DNA of 63,811 nucleotides, counting the filler, from Bigelowiella natans CCMP2755 (lineage: Eukaryota > Protista > Cercozoa), in assembly GCA_000320545.1 (NCBI GenBank). It is 10 parts of 10 records of this genome, joined end to end, with 100 filler letters (N's around TTAATTAATTAA, not from the genome) between each part and the next. Parts side by side here need not be neighbours in the genome. Positions count along the whole stretch, not along the records: positions 6,297 to 24,507 come from ADNK01001685.1; 9 more parts are not named here. One strand, written 5' to 3'. Shown here in pieces: positions 11,519-21,868 of the stretch (the stretch's first letter is position 1; every line of letters begins with the position of its first letter). Below the pieces are notes generated by a model. It ran no database searches. It saw nothing but the letters and a program-made list of their open reading frames with translations, and had not been told where the DNA came from. Made by a program: the position numbers and the translations under genes.

Positions 11519-12852
11519 ACATATATCGGCATCGTGATGTAACAATTGCTTTTCTTTCATGTTCTCTTTCTGCCATAGAAGTAGTAACTTGTTGGTAGTA
11601 AACTGAGAGGGGGAGAGGGGGCGATAATACCCTCCATTGACTCTGTCGCCATGACATCAACACATCAAAACTAGGGAGAATCATCTTCAAATATATTCGG
11701 CAAACAAGGCGACGAGGAGGTATAATTCCTCCATTCGCAATTTTCCCCAGCTCAGCCCCCCCCCCCTCCCCTCCCCTCTCCTCCCGGTTTCTTGTCCAGG
11801 AGGACGAAAAGAATGCAGTTGCAGGTGACTCAAAAGATCCTGAATCTGAAGGTGATAATTGGGGAGGGGGCGTCGTTGCGAAGGGAACAGGGCTCTCGGA
11901 CGAGGTAGTACTAGTTGTAGTCGTTGCAGCAGTAGCAGTAGTTGAATTGGTAGTAGCAAGAGGGGGGGGGAAGGGGGGATTGGTAAGTACACCAAAACAA
12001 GCATAATAGCACGTGCGAAGATATAGTGACGAGGCTGAAGGAGAGGGGAGACGAGGAGGACAATCAGTCTTTTCATGTTTCTCTTCTTCTTCTTCGTCTT
12101 TGTCTTCTTCTCCTTCCTCTTCGTGTGGGCCTTCAGCAGCTGAGCTACTGAGCTACACAGTAGCTTTGATGGTATTTTTCCTCTTAATTGAGATTTGTAA
12201 TCTATGGAGATCGAAGAATGAGAACAGCGTATTATTGGAAAAAAAGGAAATCTCATGTACACCTTCACTGCCCCCTCCCCCCTCCGCCCTTTCCCTTTTT
12301 ATGCTGCCAGGAGCTCGACAAGCAAAAAATAAACGCCGTGATCTTCCACCTATTAATGACTCTGGCGAGCATGTATACGTGCATGTTGCTTACACGTTGG
12401 ACGTCGCTGGTACCTGTCGTCATTATTGTGTGATGTGTGATGGGAGTAATGGGAGGGGAGGGGAGGAAACGTTATGCACCTCATGATTTACAGCTGTCGT
12501 TTTAAGAAGAAGCAAATAAAAGATTTATGGTAGCTCCGGCTTTTACACCAACCGCCCCCCCCTTCGGTAGGACTACTCGAATCGCGACGGGAGATATCTG
12601 AGCGAGGAGAGCATGTGGATTCAGGCCACTTCCGTGTGGTTGATTTTCGCGTTGTACTCGTGGACGTTGGCGGCACCCGTCATGTTTCCGGATCGAGATT
12701 TAGCTGATAATGCACGAATTGGGCTTTGTGAGAGGGGGTTGGAAGTAATGGAAGGTCATCACATTACTGTTGTGTCCACTTTCGACTACCAGTTTCAGTT
12801 TGAACTTAGACACATCCTAACTGTGCCAATGATTGACAGATGGTTCACCTAG
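8726..12852 (+). CDS. SERINC: Serine incorporator (SERINC/TMS1 family) membrane protein
   Basis: Exons read MGCCGLCCALCCCG..., CGSDCQSDQAVFRVCLAMTLFF..., GYFGWKFLVFIPLLVGMFFI, ARVFSILFLVIQAVALIDTAY, IFHLLMTLASMYTCMLLTRW and MWIQATSVWLIFALYSWTLAAPVMFPDRD, all hallmark SERINC motifs. The true stop may be at 12707. Confidence 0.93.
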
Positions 12853-12914
12853 CCTCAACTCATCATCCTTAGCTTCCTTGGATGTGGGATGTTGGCTAGT
12901 TGTGTTGCGCACTA

Positions 12915-14498
12915 CCAACAGGGTGCTGAAAAGTCCCCCCAATGATTTTTGCTGAGGTGCTGCTGCATGCTCACGCCTGTTTCCCATGTGGTTCTGGCGC
13001 ATGTTGATTTGCATCAACACTTTGTTCATTGTTCATTGTTTGTTCATGCACAACAAACCAAAATGATGTTTCTCAAGGTGATGCGCTGCTGCGCTGCATT
13101 TGTTTGTTGCCATTGTTGCAATTGTCATGTGTGAGTTGATGTGAACAAAAGTGGATGCATTGATGTGCCAGATCCCAAGGTTCAATGACGAGCAGGCAAA
13201 ATCGTGAGCACTTTGTGCCAATTTTGGAAGAACACGCGAGCATTGATGCAAAGTCCAGAAGCGCAATCTAGCAATGTGCACGCGCCATGTGTCGACCGTC
13301 ACTTTCGTGAGAACTGCCATTGGGACACGTTGTGACGACTCGAGTGTTGCCCAGAGCTGGAGGGTGCCACTGTGAACGCACCACAAGTCCGTCAAACCCG
13401 GCAACGACGGGGTTGTGAACAGTGCAGCGCTTTGCGACGCGCTTTGAAGCAGCAGGCAGTTGCAGTCAGTCAAAGAAAAGTCATCAGAACTTGTCCGATG
13501 GCCAAACCTGAAAATGTGACCGAAGTGTTGACCAAAATGTCCATTTTCAAGGCCTCAAAGTGTGAAAATTCACACCCGTTGTGTGGCGGATGCACGCTGC
13601 GTGTTTGTTCTCTGCCACATTTTGAATGCTTTTGCGTGTGCGTTTGACCAAGCTAGCAAGTGTGACATGCACAAAAAATTTCAAAGAAATGCGAGCAAAT
13701 CCAATGTCCATTGCATCACACGACGCGTTTGGTCGCGCGCAAAAGCTTCCAAATGCACATTCTGGCGATTCGTTGCAGGTTTGACGGACTTGTGACGCTG
13801 GCCAGCTAGCATGGTTTGCACACTTGCAGCGTGCAGCGCAGCAGTCTGCAGAACACCAATTTTGGACCGCGTTCAAAGTGACAATGACTGCAGCAGACCG
13901 TGACGGTCGTGACGCAACGCGTGCGTGTGCTGACACTGAAGCACGGTGCACGCACAGCTAGACAGCGCCATGCAACTCCAGCATTGTCCACGCTGGCACG
14001 CCAGCGTGGGTGGTCAATGCGATTTGGCGGTGTCAAATTGCGCACGCTGGCCAGCTGGCACGGCCAATTTGCTGCAATCGATGGGTGTCCAGCATGCCAG
14101 CACGCCGGCATGCCGGCATGCGTGTGCCCGATGTGCTGCCAATTTTGTTCTGGTGGTGCTGGTTGCCTGTCTCCCATGTGGTTCTGGCGCACACAGATTT
14201 GATCAACGCTTTTTTCATTGTTCATTGTTCATTGTCGCGCTGGCCACGGCCATGCTGGCATGCTGGCATGCTCTGGTGCTGGCATGTCATCCGGGAACAA
14301 CAGGAAGCCCACTTTTCCGAAGGAAGTCACCACTCGACTAGGTTCCCACCATTTGAGTTTCGGCACCAAGTCCTCAATCAACTGGTTGAAGCACAGAGGG
14401 AACTTGCTCCTTGAGGCAGACCTCGGAAAGAGAAGGTGTGATCCTAGGTGATCCTTCAATCGAGAGACAAAGCATGATCTTGAAAAAAAAAAAAAACA
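12915..14498. repeat. Extremely TpA-depleted intergenic block with a ~65-70 bp direct repeat (probable degenerate repeat/TE remnant)
   Basis: 6 TA in about 1.58 kb, all within CTAG; direct repeat 12975-13040 / 14165-14234 (gcctgtYtcccatgtggttctggcgc...ttcattgttcattgtt). Confidence 0.7.
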
Positions 14499-14682
14499 CT
14501 AAAAAGGCGCATTTCTGGTCTGTCGCAAGTGAAAAATACGTCCATTTTCTTTGATAGATCCCCGATGAAACCCTTCCGTTACCGGAAACATGCTGTTGTG
14601 ACTTGGAGGAGTCGGCGAGAGATCGACATCATCAGGTGTCACACGCTGCTGTGGAGTCCTAGTAATTAACGAGCAGTGCGCG

Positions 14683-14903
14683 ATGGACAAGCAATCAACA
14701 CCTGAAAATGAAGAGTCCCAGAGCAGCAATGGCAGCAAAATGGTAGATTTCACCTCACCTCAAGTGATCTAATGTCTGCAGCCAAGAGGAGGGAATTTCC
14801 ATTGCAAATCAAAGGGAACCCAATGCTCATGGAATCGAAAGTTCTTATATACGGAGAGACAACAGAGACCATAGTTGCACAAGCACACAGACATACACAC
14901 ACG

Positions 14904-14937
<34 letters not shown>

Positions 14938-17081
14938 TACAAGCACACACTTGCGAGAAAGAAAGAGAGAGAGAAAGGGGGGTTGCGCAAAAAGTGGTAT
15001 TGATTTTATTTTATTGCGTTCTGCGAAATCTACACGCTCGTACAGCAGTAGAATACTACTGGTAGCACAATGATTTAACAATACTCATTCTTGGCACATT
15101 CTTAGTCTCTCTCTGACGGACAAAAAGTGAGAGTTCATGCTTCGACAACGGATGATTCCAAAATTAATACAGAGGGAAAGCCATCGATCTCACCAGAGCA
15201 AGATCTTTCGAGTCCCTTAAATAGAACGACTGACAATGAAATGGTACAGAGAGTAGGCAGCAAGCGCCCTAATTCACGTTTAGTAGAGCATTATTAGGAT
15301 TTGATATGTTGCTTTCAAACACAATTGATGTATTCCCATGCACCAAATAAATATAAGCATCAGGAAAACAATTATGAATCAAATCTTCTATTAGAGGAGA
15401 TTGGGAGAAGATTAACGGAGAGAGAAGTGAAAAATAGAGATCATAAATTGCAACAGAGATTGAGTGAAAAGGGAAAATAGAGAGAGAGAGAGAGAGAGGG
15501 GGGGGGGGGGGGGGGGACATAAGTGTATGAGAGGGAGTGGGAGGGGGGGATATTTGCGAACGCGTTGTGCGTGTTAGATTTGATATTCTTAAAACCCAAA
15601 CACGTTCATGCTAGCAGTATCTCCCAACACAATTATTCATGGCTTATGAAAAACAGCAATCATATTGACCAGCGTTAACACACGTCCTTAGTCTATATTC
15701 GATGCGGTTGAAAGAGGAGACATCAGTGTGATGCGTCATCTTCAAGGAGTAACCCTTCTGCACCGTGCAGTTGAACATAACCATGAGAGAATAGTGCGGC
15801 ATCTTGTGGAGAAGGCCAAGGCCAACGTTGAAGCTAAGAACGAAATGGACTTCACGCCTCTACTCATTGCTGCTGAAAGCGATCATTTAAATATTCTGCG
15901 CTATCTGGTGGAAAAGGCCAAAGCCATTGTTAATGCAAAAGATAGAAATGATATGACAGCTCTTCACCACACCGTTCCATACGATAGGGAAAATATAGTG
16001 CGGTATCTTGTAGAGAAAGGCAAAGCTAACGTCGAAGGAACGGATAGAGAGGGATGGACACCGCTTCACTTGGCTGCTACCGAGTGTAATCGACTTACAA
16101 ATACACTACGGTATTTTGTAGAGCAGGCCAATGCCAATGTCAAAGCTAAGGACAAAAAAGGAGCCACGCCAATCCACCATGCTGCTGAAAATAACCATGT
16201 TCAGGTGATGCAATACTTATTCGAGCGGGCAAACGAAAACATCAATGACATGAGAGACAACTACGGCTGGACTCCGCTACACTGGGCTGCTGGTAAAATT
16301 CACGAAGAAAGTCATGTCGAGGCGATGCGGTATCTAGTAGAGCAGGCCAGCGCAAATGTTAACGCTAAAGATCCGACCGGCCAGACACCGCTCCACCTTA
16401 CTGTCGAAACCCTAGCTACTAAATCGGGGCACTATCTTATCAACCTAGCCGAAATAGACATTGATGCTCAGGATAGCAAAGGATGGACACCGCTTCACCT
16501 TGCAGCCAGTCGAGATCTCAACATGAATGAAAATAATCCAATACGCTGGCTCACGGAGGGGGCCGAACCCAATCTAGAAGCAAAAGACAATAATGGATGT
16601 ACGCCACTACATACAGCTGCTGAGCGAGGGAGTTACAATAGTATGAGGTATTTAGTTTTGGTTTCCAAAGTCAACATCGAAGCAAGAAACTCCGATGGCT
16701 GCACGCCACTTCACATAGCTGCTCGCGAAGGCCATTTTGAGCTGGTTCAGTACCTTGTAGAGGAAGCTAATGCTATTATTGACGTCGAAAATTACTACAA
16801 AGAGACACCTCTTGGAGTTTCAAAAAATCGCGAGATTAGGAAGTATCTGGAAGAGGTAACCTTAGCTGCTATCCACGCATGTATGAATGAACATGCGATC
16901 AACTTGATACTATGAAACAGGCCACCAACTCTCAGAGACTAGCACTGAAACTAAAGAACGAGCAAAGAGCGGCAGAACAGAAGGTGACAATTGACAGCGC
17001 CAGAGAGAACCGAAAGTGGATATTTGATTGTCATACTTGAAATTTTTTTGTCATCATATTTTTCCCTATTCTAGTTGAGGT

Positions 17082-17117
<36 letters not shown>

Positions 17118-18250
17118 TACATGTACAAACATGTGCACACATACAAACGCATTCACACATGCACACGCAATATGTTTACGCAAAAAATCAGCCTTTCTTT
17201 GAGGCATCAGCGAGAGGGGATGTGGATGCCATGCGTCGTCTTTTCGAAACGAAAGCCATAGATGTAGAGACCCTACACAGTGATGGATGCACACTCCTTC
17301 ACTCTGCGGCTAGTAGTGGCCACATTGATGCGGTGAGCTATCTCGTGAGAGACCTCAACGCCAATCTCGAGGTTAGGGACAAGAATGGAGTCACACCCCT
17401 CCAAGGTGCTGCTGGTAATGGGCACATTGACATAGTGAGGTACTTAGGGGAAGCAAAGGCCGACATCGAAGCTAAGAGTAATGATGGCTCTACACCGCTC
17501 CACGATGCCGCTAGTAATGGTCATATTGATGTGGTTCGGTACCTTGTAGAAACAGGGAAAGCTAATGTCGAGTCCAAGTACGGCTCATATTCACAAACGC
17601 CGCTTCAGTGTGCTGTCATTAATGACCACATTGGCGTGGTGCAGTACCTTGCAGAGACAGCAAAAGTTAAAATTGAAGCCAGAAGCAATGGCGGTTCGAC
17701 AGCACTCCACTGGGCTGCTCGCAAGGGCCACACAAATATTTTGCGGTATCTAATTGAGGAAGCTAAGGCTAACGTTGAGGCGAAGGATGAAGATGGATAC
17801 ACTCCTCTCCACCGATCTGCTTGCCGTAATTCTTTCGAGGCAGTGCGCTATCTTGTAGAGGTAGCCGATGCCAATATTTGGACTCAAAATTATCGCGAAC
17901 TCACACCCTTGGGCTCTGCTCGAGAGCAGAATATCAGAGATTATCTGAAAGAGGTGCTATAGTTGCAATAGATGCATAGCTTACATGTGATTCTTATCCA
18001 ATCGTTCAACTGAATGGTAGGTTTCTCACTCTCGAAGTGAAGATCAGGAGAGCAGGATGACAAAGGTGTGTAGGGGAGATGATAATTGATTAGCAACCAA
18101 CAAACGTTCTTTGCATTTATATTTTTTCCCATTCTCATACGCTAGGTTATACAATTTCTGTTCTCCACAAATCAGAATGTTATTGTTTTCTGAAACCTTG
18201 TGACGATACAGTATTTTGTACGCTACACTCTTTTGACATATTTGTGTACG

Positions 18251-18284
<34 letters not shown>

Positions 18285-19202
18285 GTATATATGTATATAA
18301 ATATAAATATAATAATTTATAGATTATTCATCATGTATTCTACTGATACAGTTACAGACGGCTAATCTCGTTGAAGCTATATTAGAGCGGTTTGCTAGAT
18401 TTCCATTTCTGTTTCAAACAATAGTGCAACCTTTCAAAATTTCAACCTGAAGCCCGTGACCAAAATAAGTGCTACTGAAACAAGAGTAGGGTTAGAGAAA
18501 AGTGATATTATTATTGCTTTTTATCGATCATGACGATGTAGTTGAAAACAGAGTATGTAGGGCTCTCATATACTCGCCTTTATGCTTCAAATCGTGCAGT
18601 TGCGAACCGAACAAATGGGTTGAGGATTTAATTCACAACCTAAGAGATGAAATGTCGGAAGAATTTGCCAAAGTTGTCCAATGTTTAGAATATGAGGTAT
18701 CCATTGCCAGTACCAGTTTGAATGCCTGTCATGAAATTCTTTAGTTCTTGTTTCATATGAACAATAGCCTAAAGCAACAAATAGCTGGTTGGAAACTATT
18801 GGTGATGCTAGGAGTGAGTGACATTTTTAGGAACCATCACATTTCGGAATGATCATTTCTTCCGGAAGGTCATCGCGGAGCTACATGATTGAGCGTGCGA
18901 AATTTCGATAGCTACCAGTTCGATAACTTAGCAGAGATAAACTTTCTTTGTTTCCAAACCACAAACTATCTTGTTCTTTTCAGCTCAAGGACAACGAACC
19001 CCCAAGCATCTATGAAGGCGGCGATGTAAGAGTAGCAGTAGAAGCAGAGGAGGAGGAAAGGAAAGGCGAGGAGAGGAAAGAGAGGCTTAGCGAAAGTTTT
19101 GGCATGTCAAAAAAGAGAAGGAATCAAGGGGAGGAGCACAGACCTGGAAAAAGACGACAGAAAATGAAAAATTCTGTAGCGCCGTCGTCATCTGCCACCT
19201 AG
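14683..19202 (+). CDS. Ankyrin-repeat protein, paralogue A (multi-exon)
   Basis: Phase-0 exons 15692-16855, 16921-16983 and 17192-17953 carry many TPLHxAA...VRYLVExAKANVEAKD ankyrin repeats. Small exons follow, then a terminal exon 18984-19202. Upstream exons (ATG 14683, 15106-15243) are less certain. Confidence 0.85.
15611..15743. repeat. 133-bp identical inverted repeat, partner at 24375-24507 (contig end)
   Basis: Base-for-base reverse complement of 24375-24507. Confidence 0.95.
17197..18618. repeat. Left arm of ~1.4 kb inverted repeat (partner 21490-22919)
   Basis: About 96% identical over the ankyrin exon; essentially identical over about 18170-18505 apart from (TA)n length and a 1-nt indel. 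Confidence 0.95.
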
Positions 19203-20760
19203 AGCCTCCACAACGAACCTGATGGCAACGCAATGCACTAGATAGAGCATCGTTGGGATGCGAATTGACCTCGCTGCGATGCCCACAGGCTCTTATAGCA
19301 TGCACTTGTCATTCAGCTCACTGCGGTGTGCACTCCATGAACTCCGTAGTCATGCTATCCGAAGCGCGAGGTGCACAGTTGTGTTTGTTGTTTGTGCCAC
19401 ACGATGGTCCATTGTCGACGCAATTGAGTCAATGCTGTCGCGCGCGACAAGTGGGCAACGAATTCCTAGACAAGCCGTGTCAATGCGCAGTTGTTTCAAA
19501 GATTGCATGCCAAGTCACGGGTCGTCAGTGCCACTGCAGGATTCATTCAACACGCATTGCAATGCAATGCTTGCGCGCAAAGGTGAGTACAATGTGCAAT
19601 GCCACTCGACACCACAAGAGACACGCAAAGCAACCACTGTTTCGAAAAGTGAAAAATATGTACAGGGCATCGTTGACTACAACGTTGCAGCACGCATCAA
19701 ATGGTGATGCCATGAACGTCGGAACCCAAAAAAGACCGTTTTTGGAGGATTCCGACGTCTTGCACAAACACGTCTTCGCCCTCAAAATTGAATCTGACCT
19801 CCCATCCCCCATGCAACACCTCTCCACAACTTCCAACATCACAAGCCTCCTGCTCGAGATTGGTTGATGTGATCAATTCACAGCATCAATGACGTTTCAC
19901 AGCTGCATTGTGCCCTCATCATTTTGCACACCTTCATTTCTCATTTGCAATTCATGCGTGAGCCTTTTAGTTTTTGCTAATTTTGTCATTTGACACGGGC
20001 ATCGCATTTTGTTGTTGCGCACCGTGTCTGCATGACAGCACACTTTGTCATGTGTAGATTGCGCTCAATGATGAGCCATAGCTGCATGTGCAGCATCATG
20101 TGTGTGTCATTTGGTAGTCAATCACCTGCCCGTTTCCCCACTGGATCATTCTCAGTCTTTCCTCAAGAGATTTTGCTCGGATCTTTTGTGCCACCTGCAA
20201 CACATTTCATCGACATTTGGGATCCAAAGCAATCTCTGCAACTCCATGGCAATCATTCCTAACTTTTGTTCAAATCCCCACACCGTACCAAAGTTAAGTT
20301 GTGTTGTGGATGTAACAATTTGATTTGTTTCTTCGCGCATCGCACTGCTTTGCTTTCATTTGCATCGCCCAGTGCTGTCCAATGGTGTTGATGGCCGCAT
20401 TTTGAAATTCAAGAGTGCAATGTTGATCAATGCTCCAGTGTGATGATGCTGCTTTCAATGCTAGAATGCTGCGCAAATGCTTTTGTTGCACAATGCTGCA
20501 TGAGGCTGCTGCAGCATTGCACAGCGCCAGAGTATTGACACAGCATTGGCATGGAATTGCTGCAGTTTTTGTGGCTACACAGTGCAATGGCTCATGAACT
20601 TTGCGTGTGAGAGCACGTGATCAAATGAATGTCAAAACTCATTGATTGCAGTTTTGCAACATGGCAGCGAAAACATGCTGCTGATGAGTCTTAAGCGCGA
20701 ATCAGGAAAATCACACATGATAGATTGCTGGAGATAAAATTCCTCACTACTCTTGCAATG
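19203..20760. repeat. TpA-depleted intergenic block between the convergent ankyrin genes
   Basis: About 17 TA in 19381-20640, 10 of them in CTA/TAG; TG/CA-rich; no microsatellites. Confidence 0.6.
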
Positions 20761-20823
20761 TCACATAGGAGTTGTGCCATTTGCCTTATTTCTCATCAGC
20801 TCTTGCTTGGGTAGATTCTTGTA

Positions 20824-21825
20824 TCAGATTGACGAAACTTTAGGCTTCTTCCGAGAGAAGCTGCCGCTATCCTTTTTTCCGGCTTTGCCAGTGGCAGCCG
20901 GCCGCTCGTAGCCACAAACCGCGCACCTGTCGCCCCCTGAATTCTGGAACGTACACCGCTTGCACTCGAACGCGCCAACGCTCTTCGGTTTGGCGCGCCC
21001 CCCCTTTGACTCCACCCGCCGCTTTGCCGTCTGGCGTACCGGAATGAGAATGTTCGAAAGGTCCTCCGTCGTTCTCTCCAAATTGGCCTGGAGTCGCTCG
21101 AAGTTGGCGGTACCTGGTCGCGACGATGATGATTGATTGTCAGAAGAAAGAGTCTTCAAACCTGAGATAGTCTGTTCTTTGTGATCTAGAGATGGACTTT
21201 GTTGAGAGCGGAAACGTTTTTGAGCCAATTTGGAGGATGGGTCAGAAATGCTTCGAGGTTCTATGTCCATGTCCTTAAGCTGTAATGAACAAGATCATTT
21301 TGTGGTTTGGTAATGAAGAACTTTTGTCATGAGGAATCATCAAAGTTGTGAGGGAAGTAAAGATTTTTCTGCAATCACAATTCCTACGATTGCATTGTTC
21401 ATCATAATTACCTCAGGGATCATAGACTGGACAACTTTAGTAAACTTTTCTGGATTTTCATCCCTTAGCTTCCAAAGTAGTTTTTGGTTCCATTTGTTTG
21501 GTTCGCAACTGCACGATTTGAAGCATAAAGGCGAGTATATGAGAGCCCTACATATACTCTGTTTTCAACTACATCGTCATGGTAGATAAAGAGCAATAAT
21601 AATTTCACTTTTCTCTAACCCTACTCTTGTTTCAGTAGCACTTATTTTGGTCACGGGCTTCAGGTTGAAATTTTGAAAGGTTGCACTATTGTTTGAAACA
21701 GAAATGGAAATCTAGCAAACCGCTCTAATATAGCTTCAACGAGATTAGCCGTCTGTAACTGTATCAGTAGAATACATGATGAATAATCTATAAATTATTA
21801 TATTTATATTTATATACATATATAC

Positions 21826-21868
<43 letters not shown>

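Noticed and set aside
13033-14459. Dense overlapping Cys/His-rich ORFs in all six frames (also 7643-8443, 19253-19867, 50302-51434)
   Set aside because: A by-product of TA loss, which removes TAA/TAG stops and Tyr codons and creates Cys/His codons; no protein motifs.
12915-14498. Classical RIP or CpG-methylation decay as the cause of the TG/CA richness
   Set aside because: RIP creates TA and CpG decay removes CG; here TA is missing and CG is plentiful.
15728-17962. Four stand-alone ankyrin ORFs suggesting bacterial or viral intronless genes
   Set aside because: Each is bounded by in-phase AG/GT sites; they are large exons of two spliced genes.
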